Assembly (NCBI GenBank): GCA_963826525.1
Contig: CAWGXH010000004.1
Location: 608,001 to 672,000 of the forward strand
Direction of reading: 5' to 3'
Source: an uncultured Methanomicrobiaceae archaeon
GTDB taxonomy: Archaea > Halobacteriota > Methanomicrobia > Methanomicrobiales > Methanoculleaceae
DNA: 64,000 nucleotides
Shown here: one piece after another, positions 1 through 10,496 of the stretch
How the letters are laid out: the number at the start of each line of letters is the position of its first letter
How positions within the stretch are numbered: position 1 is the first letter of the stretch
Notes under the pieces: generated by a model
The model's input: only the letters and a program-made list of their open reading frames with translations
Told to the model about the DNA's origin: nothing
Database searches by the model: none
Made by a program: the position numbers and the translations under genes

Positions 1-430
1 GCAAGCGATCGACGCTGCATGATGCGGACGCGATATTGAACGCCGCGTTCACATCGGCGTGATCGGCGTGCCCGCAGTGCGGGCACTCAAATCGTTTTCG
101 CTGTCTGGTGCCCATCTCTCCGCACCGGCTGCAGTGCTTTGACGTACATGCCGGGTTGACGTAGGCAACCTGCACGCCCACTTTTCGTGCCTTGGTCTCC
201 ACCATCTTCTGGAGCTGGTAGAACAAGCCGTTATCGAGCGAAAACTCTATGGAGGCAGATTTCTTTCGCCTCCGGATCTGCCTTGTGCTGAAGAGCCTCC
301 TTCAAAATACTGCGTTCACGGATCTTTGCCCGCCTGGCCTTCGTAGACTTCCTGAGCTTTCCGGTACCTCTCGAAGAGATTTCGGTACTTCGCGGCGGTG
401 TGCGGAGCCTTCCTGCCAAGCTTCATCACC
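1..430 (-). mobile_element. tnpB: Degenerate IS200/IS605-family TnpB (RNA-guided nuclease) remnant running off the left edge
   Basis: Manual translation of ~280->1 gives FYQLQKMVETKARKVGVQVAYVNPACTSKHCSRCGEMG...FECPHCGHADHADVNAAFNIA (zinc ribbon plus RuvC-III D-x-N-A-A-x-N-I). Upstream MKLGRKAPH...KYRN is in another frame and is broken; no N-terminal half or tnpA. Confidence 0.85.
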
Positions 431-508
431 CTTGCCGCAGCACACCCTTCCTGCACACCCACCTTTCCACAACCTTCACCCCTCCCCGACTATGGTTCAC
501 CCGTTTTT

Positions 509-1180
509 TCACAGATCGAAATACCTCCATGCTTCGTCGATAAACAACGCCTGCATCCCAAACTTCATCGGCGCGACGATATCGTTCTCATAACTGTCGC
601 CGATGAAAAGCGTCTCTTCAGGCGCAATCTTCAGCCGTTCGAGCGCCATCATGAAGATACGCGGATTCGGTTTCTTACATCCCACATCGGAAGAAAAGAT
701 CACAAAATCGAACCGATCGTAAAAGCCGAGCGCCCGCATTTCGAGCTCCGAGAAAACCCGCTGCCCATTCGAAACGACCCCTTTGGGAAGGTCCTGAAAG
801 ATATCGAGCAGCCGATGGCTCTTGGTATGGGCATGCAGTCGACGGAGTGAAGCTGCCCGGAACGAACGGGCAAGCTGGACGCCAAGCTGCCTCCCGTCGA
901 TCTCCCAGATGGCATGCTCCGCACAGATGGATGCGAAGATCTCTTCCACCCGGACATCCGGGTATCGCTCCCACGATGCCTCCATCTGCTCCTGCACGCG
1001 TTGCCTGTAGGTGTCACGCAATCGGTCGGGAGTTATCCGGACACCCTGGTAGATGAGCCAGTTACTCAGCACCTCGTAGGTCCAGGTACTCCCCTCATCG
1101 GTTTTGATGTCGATGAGGGTATCATAGCAGTCGAAGAGAACGCCCTTCACCTTTTTCACGTCAAACGGGACTTCAAGCAT
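509..1180 (-). CDS. HAD-superfamily hydrolase/phosphatase
   Basis: Motif I LFDCYDTL, motif II VVSNG, KKPNPRIF and IGDSYEND; start taken at MLEVPF. Confidence 0.9.
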   Translation of the reverse strand: MLEVPFDVKKVKGVLFDCYDTLIDIKTDEGSTWTYEVLSNWLIYQGVRITPDRLRDTYRQRVQEQMEASWERYPDVRVEEIFASICAEHAIWEIDGRQLGVQLARSFRAASLRRLHAHTKSHRLLDIFQDLPKGVVSNGQRVFSELEMRALGFYDRFDFVIFSSDVGCKKPNPRIFMMALERLKIAPEETLFIGDSYENDIVAPMKFGMQALFIDEAWRYFDL

Positions 1181-2142
1181 GCCTTTGCCTCCCTTATGAG
1201 ATACTCCCGATGAGAAGGCGCCCAACCGAGCCGTGCGATCCGCATATACCCAAAAGCCATAAAGAACGGCAGCACGTCAGTCACCCGGTGAAAATCAGCC
1301 TCACCTTTGCTATAGTGCCAGAGGAAATGACCGATATAGGGCTCGCTCAGTTCACCGTTGCCGAATCGAGACGCAAAGAAATGCTTCATCTCGGCACAGA
1401 GAACACCCGGATCATGGACCGGATGCGCATTCCTCCATCCGCTTTCAAAATCGATTGCATAGACCTTTCCGTCGGAAAAGAGGTAATTGGCCGGGGTTGC
1501 ATCCCCGTGAATCATAGAACCCCGGAAACCGTGAAGGAGCCCGGCATCCCACCACCTTCCAAGAAGGTGATCGAACTGCTCCCGTTGATCGCGATCCAGC
1601 CGATTCTGGGCGAGTACCCTATGAAATTGTTCGAATTCACGCTGAACGTTGCACGAACCACGAGTTCCGTCATGGAGCCTCCGGAGCAGCGCCGCAACCG
1701 ACGGGAGGCGATCATGGAGCTGATGCTCCCGCCGGAGATACTTCCGGAGCGCTACACCCTCGATGTAGTCGGTCACGACGACATTGTGAAAATTACTCCG
1801 GTACGCGATCGTCCGGGGGACAGGGATCACCTTTGAAGCCCGTTTGAGGCGCCGGTATTCGTTTTTCATCGCTTTTTCTTCATCATACCGTCTCATCACG
1901 CCTGTCGGCTCACCGAAAAACTTACCGACAACGCTGACACCCTCCCCGGAGAACGCATACCGACACACTGTATGGGATGCCGGGCTGATCCGATACACCC
2001 CTACCTTGCAGTCCGGGTTCCGTATCCTGTCGTCGAGCACCTCAATCAACCAGTCCCTGAAGCGATCGCCCGGTTTCAGCGTATTTACATACTGCTCCGC
2101 CACGTTCCAAAAACCTCCTCGTGATCCGTTCGCATATCGCAC
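1156..2142 (-). CDS. Aminoglycoside-phosphotransferase/choline-kinase-like protein
   Basis: Catalytic loop HGDATPANYL and metal-binding IDFE; overlaps the HAD gene, suggesting an operon. Confidence 0.8.
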   Translation of the reverse strand: MRYANGSRGGFWNVAEQYVNTLKPGDRFRDWLIEVLDDRIRNPDCKVGVYRISPASHTVCRYAFSGEGVSVVGKFFGEPTGVMRRYDEEKAMKNEYRRLKRASKVIPVPRTIAYRSNFHNVVVTDYIEGVALRKYLRREHQLHDRLPSVAALLRRLHDGTRGSCNVQREFEQFHRVLAQNRLDRDQREQFDHLLGRWWDAGLLHGFRGSMIHGDATPANYLFSDGKVYAIDFESGWRNAHPVHDPGVLCAEMKHFFASRFGNGELSEPYIGHFLWHYSKGEADFHRVTDVLPFFMAFGYMRIARLGWAPSHREYLIREAKACLKSRLT

Positions 2143-2570
2143 CCCGGTGGTCGGCAGTTTTTATTGACAGTTCCCGTCCTTCCGCCGTCCTCGGCACGAA
2201 GATGGGCGGATAGCAATGAATGCACGGCACGCATCACGCCGCAGCACCCGCATATGCAGAGCGGAGTTCTGAAGAAGAACGCACGTACCAGTCCTTGAAA
2301 ATTCGTTCCTCCCATGTTCCCCTCCTCCCGCTCACAGGAACCTTCCACCACATCAATCGACCAGGGAGTAAACCGATAACCCGGATGAGGTGTAAATACG
2401 TTTCGACCGCCGGAAGATACCGGCAACCTGCACCCGTACCGCCGGGGTGGAGCACAGAGAGGGAGAAGATGTGCCCGTGCCACCCACACATTATTAATTC
2501 ATGCTGGTATTCCTACACTACCGGTCACCCAGGAGAATATCTGACCGCCGACAGACGGGGATACAAGGCC

Positions 2571-3518
2571 ATGGACTATCACGTACTCTTTCACCTTGCA
2601 CGGGTCAAACCGCTGACAGGATGGAGCATCGGCGGATCCCTCATCGGGATCGGCGTCGCAGTCTGGCAGGTGGGGTATGCCGGCGTAGACTGGCCGCTCC
2701 TCCTTCTGGCCGTGAGCTGCGCCATTCTTCTGCAGTACGTGGCACACCCCCTCAATGATCTGATGGACCGCGACGTCGATGCAGCAGCAAAGATCCCGGA
2801 GACCGGGCGGGCCAAACCGCTCGTGGCGGGAACGGTGACAGAGGCGGAGCTGAAAGCATTCAGCGTCGTCCTGATCCTCATCGCCGTGCTGATCAGCGGA
2901 TATCTCATCCTCATACGGCCGCTTGCCCTGGGGTTTGCCCTCTTCGGGTTCTTCGCCCTCATCGGGTACAACACAGCCCCTCTGCGGCTCGCCTATCACC
3001 CCTACACCGAGTATTACCTGGCAGTTCCTGCAAACGCACTGGTCGTCGTAGCGGTGGCATATGTCGCTACGGAGAGCGTAACTCCGGTTGCAGTCGTCCT
3101 CGGCATCCTCCACGGCTTTGCAGCATCCGCATTCTTCGTCAGCATGATGTCGATGGATCTCCCCTCCGATATCCGGAACGGAAAGATCACCACTGTCGGA
3201 AGGCACCCCACCCTTCCATGGGGACTGATCTTCCCGGGGATCGGCCTGCTCATCGCTACAGCACTCATCGTCCTCGTTCTTCCCGGGGCGATGGGGAGCA
3301 GCGGCGCACTGCTGATCGCGGCGATCACCGTGCCGGTCTACCTTGTCCTCGCCGCCCTCGGCAGCCGGGTCGATGTCGTCCGCCGGGCGTATCTCCGGGG
3401 TGTCGAGGCAGCATTTGAAGAAAAAACCGGCAATCTCAGACTTTTGCAGCTTTACGTGAGCATCTTCTACTCGGTCGCCCTCCTGGCCGTCTGTGTGGGG
3501 GTGCAGCCCCATGGCTGA
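2571..3518 (+). CDS. UbiA-family (MenA-like) membrane prenyltransferase
   Basis: NDLMDRDVD first Asp-rich motif, Y...PLRLAY, DLPSDIRNGKITT second motif, many TM helices; start at MDYHVL. Confidence 0.85.
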   Translation: MDYHVLFHLARVKPLTGWSIGGSLIGIGVAVWQVGYAGVDWPLLLLAVSCAILLQYVAHPLNDLMDRDVDAAAKIPETGRAKPLVAGTVTEAELKAFSVVLILIAVLISGYLILIRPLALGFALFGFFALIGYNTAPLRLAYHPYTEYYLAVPANALVVVAVAYVATESVTPVAVVLGILHGFAASAFFVSMMSMDLPSDIRNGKITTVGRHPTLPWGLIFPGIGLLIATALIVLVLPGAMGSSGALLIAAITVPVYLVLAALGSRVDVVRRAYLRGVEAAFEEKTGNLRLLQLYVSIFYSVALLAVCVGVQPHG

Positions 3519-4506
3519 CGGAACGAACGGCATGATCCCATTTTCTGCGTTTCTCGCCGGAGTCAGGCCCGCTATCGACCGGCGTATCGAAGGGGTGGCA
3601 ACAGAAGACGGAACGCTTGACGAGGAGGTGATCCGCCTGCTCCTGAAGGGAAAGCGGATGCGGGCGGGGCTCCTCCTCTGCGTTCACCAGACACTCGCCA
3701 ACGGCGGCGGGGGATGGACCCGGGCGCTCGATCTTGCCTGTGCGGTGGAGCTCGCCCACGCATCGAGCCTCATCCTCGACGACATGCTCGACGAGGATAC
3801 GTCCCGCCGGGGGCTCGGCACCCTTCACCTCACACGGGGGCAGAAGCAGGCAATGCTGGATACCATCGGCGTTCTCTCCCTTCCCTATGCACTCGCCGCT
3901 CCGTACGGAGCAGAGTACGTCGCCATGCTCGCATCGACCCAGCGGAGCATGGCTTCCGGGGTGACGAAGGAGCTCTATCCCTCCCCGCACCTCCCGGCAC
4001 CGGCGCTCTACGATACCATCATCACCCAAAAAACCGGCCGTCTCTTCTCGCTCACCGCAGCCTGGGGCAGTATGGCTGCAGGTCAGAGCAGCAGTATGAC
4101 GGATGCGTTTGCCCGGTACGGCCTCCGGGTCGGGAGGGCGATGCAGATCGCCGACGATATTGCCGATCTGTCCCTGATCGTCTCGGGCAGGAAAGAGAGC
4201 GGGTTCGGGTCGGAGATCCTTCTCCTGCGCCGTGTCTGCGGCGACGGATACTGCACCGAACTTCTGCAGGAGAACAGGGGAAAACACCTCAAGCCCGTCC
4301 AGGTGCACCGTCTCTGGTCGACCGAGGGGATCGAACAGGCACTGACGGCGGCTCTTGACGCCGAGGTGACGGGATCGATGGAGAGCATCCGGCAGTTCCC
4401 GGAACGGGAGGTCTTTGTCCGGGCGGCCAGAGAGATCGTCGCCATGGTGCTTCGGGAGGAGACGCCCGGAGAACGGTTGCCGGAAACACTGGAAAACAGG
4501 ATATAA
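3511..4506 (+). CDS. Polyprenyl diphosphate synthase (trans-IPPS family)
   Basis: GKRMR, AVELAHASSLILDDMLDEDTSRRG (FARM), KTGRLF, QIADDIAD (SARM); overlaps the UbiA stop codon. Confidence 0.9.
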   Translation: MADGTNGMIPFSAFLAGVRPAIDRRIEGVATEDGTLDEEVIRLLLKGKRMRAGLLLCVHQTLANGGGGWTRALDLACAVELAHASSLILDDMLDEDTSRRGLGTLHLTRGQKQAMLDTIGVLSLPYALAAPYGAEYVAMLASTQRSMASGVTKELYPSPHLPAPALYDTIITQKTGRLFSLTAAWGSMAAGQSSSMTDAFARYGLRVGRAMQIADDIADLSLIVSGRKESGFGSEILLLRRVCGDGYCTELLQENRGKHLKPVQVHRLWSTEGIEQALTAALDAEVTGSMESIRQFPEREVFVRAAREIVAMVLREETPGERLPETLENRI

Positions 4507-4539
4507 ATAACCATCCGATCAACGTGAGAAGGAGAAATT

Positions 4540-4725
4540 ATGCCTGTCGTAACCATACAGTTATCAAAGGGTCGGACGCTCGAACAGAAGCGGCAGCTGG
4601 CGGAAGAGATCACGAACACGATCGTGAATACCCTCGGGGTCGACCCGAGCTGGGTCACCATCCTGATCAACGAGCTCGATCGTGAGAACATTGCAAAATC
4701 CGGCAAGCTCCTCAGCGAGTCGTAA
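4540..4725 (+). CDS. dmpI: 4-oxalocrotonate tautomerase family protein (DmpI-like)
   Basis: Catalytic Pro1 (MPVVTIQLSKGRTLEQKRQL), 61 aa, GGAG RBS. Confidence 0.85.
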   Translation: MPVVTIQLSKGRTLEQKRQLAEEITNTIVNTLGVDPSWVTILINELDRENIAKSGKLLSES

Positions 4726-4825
4726 AACCGGGTTACCCCCTTTTTCCTGCAGACAGCGCACGGCAACGATAAAATAGCCCGGACGAGCATGATGAGATAC
4801 GGCACTCCGCCGCAGAAGGGATCCT

Positions 4826-5174
4826 ATGGCACGCGACCTTGACGAGAGAGACCTTGCGATACTCAGAAAACTCGCTCCCGAGTACCGAGGGAGTCCTCTG
4901 TCCCGAGTCGGGGCACGCATTCCACTCGATACTCCCCCCGGTCTCGAATCACATCGCAGAAGACGACGCAGACTTCGCCGGGCGGATAAGCCGCCTCTCT
5001 GAGGATGACTGGCACTACCTCACCGAGCAGATCCTGAAGGGGCGCGAGAGCCTCTCGTGCATGCCCGAAGAGGACGTCGATCTGGTACTCCGGCAGATCA
5101 CGACGCACGTCTCGGAAGAGACCGCCGATCGGGTCAGAAGACTCTACCACCTCTCTGAGTGCGGGATGCTGTAG
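4826..5174 (+). CDS. Hypothetical protein; one frameshift near 4884
   Basis: ATG 4826 gives MARDLDERDLAILRKLAPEY; removing one C after GTAC joins it to EGVLCPESGHAFHSILPPVSNH. Confidence 0.65.
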
Positions 5175-5297
5175 TCCCGGAGCAGATCCCAAAATATCGG
5201 CCGATACCCGGCTGGAAGAACCTTCTTCGCAGGCGGAGCATCCCGATTCGGCTGCCCGGATGCAGAGATTTATAGGATAGCAGCCCCACCTGACCGT

Positions 5298-5780
5298 ATG
5301 GAACTATCTGAACAGCTCACGAGCGTGCCGGGAATCTTGCGGCCGTTCAAGGCGTTCATAACCGAGGCCGGTCTTGCCGATGGCGACCAGATCGCCTACT
5401 ACGGCTGCCCCGGTACCTGTACGCCGTTTATCGAACTGCTTGCTTTCTCTATCCGCGACCTGCTGCTCTCCCAGGTCTACGTACCCTACGTGGACGAACT
5501 CGGCGCCCGGAGCCTCAGGACGGTGACGGAGGTGGGGATGCAGGTGAGTGGGGAGCCTGCGACCGTCGATCCGGCCGTGATCGTCCTGATGGGGGGGTTG
5601 TCCATGCCGAACGTCCCCGTCTCCCGCGATCAGGTGTTGCAGGTCGTCGAGGCACACCAGCCATCTGCTCTGGTCGGCGTCTGCTTCATGAAGATGTTTG
5701 AAAAGATGGGATGGCTCGAGTCGTTCGACTTCGACCTCATCATCGACGCCACGATCGACCCGGTCAACATCTGGAGGTGA
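5298..5780 (+). CDS. DUF2124-family archaeal protein
   Basis: YYGCPGTCTPFIELLAF, VLMGGLSMP and GVCFMKMF motifs; TATA box (TTTATA) upstream. Confidence 0.75.
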   Translation: MELSEQLTSVPGILRPFKAFITEAGLADGDQIAYYGCPGTCTPFIELLAFSIRDLLLSQVYVPYVDELGARSLRTVTEVGMQVSGEPATVDPAVIVLMGGLSMPNVPVSRDQVLQVVEAHQPSALVGVCFMKMFEKMGWLESFDFDLIIDATIDPVNIWR

Positions 5781-7176
5781 CCGGAGCACCGGCGGTGCAC
5801 CGGGCTGCCGGCCGCCCTATCTTCCGCAGGGTGAACCGGAATGCTGCTCCCGCTTCCGGCCTGCCGGTCACCCGGTCGTCAGCCCGGATCGTGCCGCCGT
5901 ACCGCTCGACAAGCATCCTTGCGATGAAGAGGCCGAGCCCTTTGCCGCTCTTCGTCGTCCTCCCTCGTGTAAAACGGGAGAATATGCGTGACTTCATCGG
6001 ATTGGGGACACCGGGGCCGGTGTCCTCTACCGTGACCTCGACATCCTCGCCGTCCTCGGCGACCTTCACGGAGACCCGCACGTCCGGGGCACCGAACTTG
6101 AGGCTGTTTCCGATGAGGTTTGTGAAGACCTCCGGAAGGAGGTCATCCGCAGCAACCAGAACCGGAGTTCCGTCGTAGACGATATCTGCATCCGGATGGT
6201 GGCTGATCTCGGCTCTGATGATCTCGTCGAGGTCGACCGTCTGCAGGGTGCAGTCCTGCGACCGGAGACGCCGGATGGTGGAGACATTCTGGATTATCTC
6301 GATGCTCCGCTGTATGCCGGAGCGGAGCTTCCTGACCATATCCCGATCCTGACCGTTCAGGGTCTCGACGAGCAGGTCACTGTACCCGAGGGCGACGGCG
6401 TTGGCGTTGTTGATGTCGTGCGCCATGATATCCAGGTAGAGATTGGCGTCCTCGTTTGCGACCCGCAGCGCCTCCTCAGCCTGTATCCGGTCGGTAATAT
6501 CCTTCCCCGAGCAGAGGAAACCGGTGATCGCACCCGTTTCGTCACGAAGAGCGCTGTCCTGCCACAGGACGGTATACTCCTTCCCCTCCCGGGAGACGAT
6601 CGGCATCTCCTTCTGATCGAATGCCGACGCATCCCCCGCCATGATGCGGGCAAACGCCTGCCGGGCTTCTTCTCGGTGCCGCTCAGGAACGACAGTGTCG
6701 AACCAGTTCTTTTCGATAAGTTCGGCCTCGGAGAACCCGAGCAGTTCGGATCCGCGCCGGTTGACGAGCCCGATCGTCTGATCGGTGTTGATGATGACGA
6801 GAAGGACGCCTGCGGTATTGAGAATTGTCTGGATACGATCCTTCTCGCGCTGGATCGTCCTCTGCTGACCCTTGAGCTGGTCGCTCAAGGTGGCAACGAC
6901 GAATGCGATGACGATGAACATTAGTGCCCGGAAGTAGTCGTTGAGCGTCAGATCTTCCGGCCTGAAGAGGAGGCTGCTCGCGACGACGAGCCCCGCGAGG
7001 GACATGGCAACGAGGATACTCTTCTTTTCCCACCACAGGGCGCTGATAATGATGGGTATGTAGAAGAAGTGCGAGAAGACCGTGCCCAGCATCAGTACAG
7101 CATGGAAGTAATACGTCAGGAATACCGAAACGGTCAGCAGGACGGCCATGATTAGTACACGGTACTTCTCGTGCAT
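5764..7176 (-). CDS. Membrane PAS/PAC sensor histidine kinase
   Basis: N-terminal TM helices, PAS/PAC (KDITDR), H-box AHDINN, N-box NLIGNSLKF, G-boxes DTGPG and GKGLGL. Confidence 0.92.
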   Translation of the reverse strand: MHEKYRVLIMAVLLTVSVFLTYYFHAVLMLGTVFSHFFYIPIIISALWWEKKSILVAMSLAGLVVASSLLFRPEDLTLNDYFRALMFIVIAFVVATLSDQLKGQQRTIQREKDRIQTILNTAGVLLVIINTDQTIGLVNRRGSELLGFSEAELIEKNWFDTVVPERHREEARQAFARIMAGDASAFDQKEMPIVSREGKEYTVLWQDSALRDETGAITGFLCSGKDITDRIQAEEALRVANEDANLYLDIMAHDINNANAVALGYSDLLVETLNGQDRDMVRKLRSGIQRSIEIIQNVSTIRRLRSQDCTLQTVDLDEIIRAEISHHPDADIVYDGTPVLVAADDLLPEVFTNLIGNSLKFGAPDVRVSVKVAEDGEDVEVTVEDTGPGVPNPMKSRIFSRFTRGRTTKSGKGLGLFIARMLVERYGGTIRADDRVTGRPEAGAAFRFTLRKIGRPAARCTAGAPVTSRC

Positions 7177-7928
7177 CGCAGATCTACCTCATCCCTATCT
7201 GTTCTTCGCCATATTTATAATTATTTCAATATAATAATGGTAGCATATACCAAGATAGGAAGTATTGCACAGGACGCAGGGCTGTGATCATGATTTCGGG
7301 TCATAGGGCAGTATGACCGCAATTCCCGTTGTCAGAGATCATGTTGAAAGCAGCCGGCACGCACGGCAGGCGCTCCGGAACGGAACCACCGAGGGGCAAT
7401 CTGCCCGCCGCTCCACCCACGTCACCCCCGCGCATGATCGGGGATCCCCGACACAGAACCGCATAGTACACCAGAAGCCCCCTCTCAGGCGAAGGAGAGC
7501 ATTCAGACGCTGAAAATATTTAGTACAGAAGTGCGAAATGTGCGAAGATGCGGTTTGGGATCTGACGTCCGGGACGGTCGAAGGATCTGCAGTACGGCTC
7601 GGGGAGAACCTCGCCAGGCATATCCCTAGGGAGCAGCACGGCTCGTTACGAATACCATCCGGAGGCTCAAGAGCCGGAAGAAGCAGATCACTTTTTAGAT
7701 CCCGCCCGGGCGTGAGGTCTCACGTCCCCCCCCTCCCCGATAGACAATCCCGATCTCGACAAAAGGGCAAATAGGTAACTCTAATCTGTTTTCAAAAGAA
7801 ACAATGGGATTGAAACAAACCGGCGGGACACCCGTATCCGCATAGCCCGCCGGTTCACGGAACAGATACCCGGGCCGACGTGAACGGCCGGACTAACTGA
7901 ACCGAAGAGAACTACTGGTGGAACAGCC

Positions 7929-10463
7929 GTGTCAGCAGACCTTATCAAAGCTTTGAAATCAATGTACTTTCCGGATACCGATATCCCGACACTTGCCGGA
8001 GCATTCCCCTCCTCCGTAACCGAGTATCTCAGGGAGTGCCCGGTTCCGGAGACCCGCGACATCATCGAGACACTCCTCTATGTTTACATCGCAGAGAACA
8101 GCTGCTACCGGAACGGCAAGGGGCAGGGTGTGGTCGAACAGAGCTGCTTCGCCTACACCTCAGGCCCGCTCTTCACCCTCAAACAGCTCGGCCTTGTCGA
8201 GGAAGGGAAATTCTATGGGATGACGGTCATCAGGACGACTTCCGCAGGAGAGCGGGTGGCCGCGCCGCTCATGAACAGCAGGCTGTCCGGGGTCGATATC
8301 GGGGAACTGGCGCGAAGCACCCACACCATCGTTCCGGTGCTGCTCGCCGGGACGGTAAAGGGGTCTGTACGTCAACAAGACATTTCCCGCATCGCTCCCG
8401 AAGAACGAACGGACGTTCATCAACTTCCTCTTGAATAACAATCCGTCGCTCTTCCGGGAGTGCGAAGGGTTCGCCGCCCGGCTGAAAGAGGCGGGGTGTG
8501 CGGCACTTGCATACGCTTACGACCTCGACGGCTGCCGGACCGAAGGGACGGCGTATACGTTCCCGCCCGAGTTCCCTTATATCCTGAAAGGGATCCTCGA
8601 ACGCATTGATCCCAATACCCGCGACCGGTACGAGGCGCTCCTCGACGACCTGTACCTCCCGGTACACGGTCCTCCGATACCTGGCGACGGGAGAGGAGCT
8701 CGACCGGGTGAAGGCTTCGTCCGCCCATCGGAGGGAGCTTCTCCGCACCCTCGAGGTACTTGGGGACGCCGTCTGCATCCTCGAGCACGCCCCGCTAAAC
8801 GACGAGGCAGGCCCCGTCAGGTGCCTCATCAGGGATCGCTCCGTCTACGAAAACCGCATTGCAGACCTCGGGCGGGCGCTCATGCGGGAGGTCGCGAGGG
8901 TGCTCGACGTCGAGGGGGCGGTGCCGAACACCGCTCCTGCCTGCGAGCCGCAGTTCGATCTGCACCCCATCTTCCCGGCACCGGAGGAGATGGGTCCACC
9001 GGACGAGGGCGAGGGCGCAGCATGCCCCGCACTGGAGGCTGCCATCGAGATCGAAGAGGTCCTGGATAGCCATCTCCGGGATAGTCTTATGTCTTCCGGA
9101 CCGGAGGATGTCGAAGAGAGCGAAGAGGCCTTCGATAGCCATCTCCAGGACAACCTTACGCCACCTGCACCGGAGGATGTCGAAGAGAGCGAAGAGACCC
9201 GGACACCGGCCAGGGGGGATGCGGAGGGGGAGGCCAAAGATGAAGAACCGGAAGAGAGGCCGCCCCTCCCCGCACCTGCTGCTGTCCTGAAGGAGAAACC
9301 GCAAAAGAAGGCAAAGAAACCCCGGAAGGGGGTGGAGCCACTCCCGGTACCGGAGCCGGGAGAGGACATGGATATCTTCCTCGGCCATACAGGGGGGGAA
9401 GATCAGGTATTCTGGTCCCCGGGAAAGCTGAACAACGGACATATGATCATCCTCGGGGGGTCCGGGGCGGGCAAGACCGAGACGATCCGGTGTATCGCGG
9501 GCGAACTCAGCGCCAGGAACCTGCCGGTCGTGCTGATCGACTTCCACGGCGATATGGCCTCGACTGCAGGGCCGCTGCGCTCCTATAAGATCCGGGAGGG
9601 AGGTTCGTATTACTTCAACCCCCTCGAACTCGACGCCGAGATCGACGAGATCAGTCCGCTGCGTGCGACGTCGGACTTCGTCGACGCCATCTCCATCAAT
9701 TTTCCGACATTGGGTATCCAGCAGCGCCGCAAGATCAAGACCATCATCAAGGATTGCTACCGGATGGGTGGGATCACCGGAGACACCGCGACCTGGTCAC
9801 GGACGCTCGACTTCGACGATATCGAAGCGGAGATCATGGAGTGCGAGGACGAGGCTATCCCGGCATACCTCGAGGATATCTTCGACTACAAACTCTTCTC
9901 GGGTGATGAGAAGATCGCAATCCCGACCATTCTCTCCGGCGGAGTAACCCATATCAACCTGAGTGCCCTCCCCGAGAGCCTCCGCTCCCTCTTCGCCGAC
10001 CTCTTCCTCCGCCGGATCTACTACACCCTGCAGGCGATGGGGGAGATCCCGCGGGGAACGGAGAACGAGCTGGAGAAGTTCCGCCTCTTCGTCATCGTCG
10101 ACGAGGCAAAGTCTCCTGGTAAGCCAGAAGAGCGGCTCGAAGGCGACGGTCAAGGCGGTCCTGAACAAGTACGCCACCGAGATGCGGAAGTTCGGTGTCT
10201 CCCTGATCCTCGCGTCCCAGCTGATCGCCCACTTCAACGAGGAGATCCTGGCCAACATTGCCGTGAAATTTTGCATGCGGGCAGAAAATAAGAAACAGGC
10301 GCAGGAGAATGCAAAGTTCTTCGAGGTGAGCGAAAAAGATCTCTTAAACTTCCAGCCGGGAGAGGGAATCCTCATCATCGGCTCCGAGAAGATGAACGTG
10401 CGGATCGTTCCGACCATGGGGCGGAACCTGCAAGCCGTGGACAACCCTTATGTAGAGGAGTGA
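7929..10463 (+). CDS. Large (~840 aa) protein with unknown N-terminus, acidic linker and C-terminal HerA/FtsK-like (DUF87) ATPase; three frameshifts (~8367, ~8656, ~10112)
   Basis: ORFs 7929, 8431, 8606 and 9963 join with single-base corrections. Walker A GGSGAGKT, LIDFHGD, Walker B FVIVDEA, arginine finger MRKFGVSLILASQ. Confidence 0.8.
9065..9197 (+). repeat. Imperfect 69-bp tandem duplication inside the ATPase linker
   Basis: GATAGCCATCTCC...CCGGAGGATGTCGAAGAGAGCGAAGAG occurs twice (DSHLxD...PEDVEESEE x2). Confidence 0.85.
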
Positions 10464-10496
10464 CCACTCCCTGCACGAACCCGGGAGAGATACCGT

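Noticed and set aside
7200-7900. Short ORFs or a structured RNA in the long intergenic gap
   Set aside because: No convincing motif, codon bias or stable fold seen
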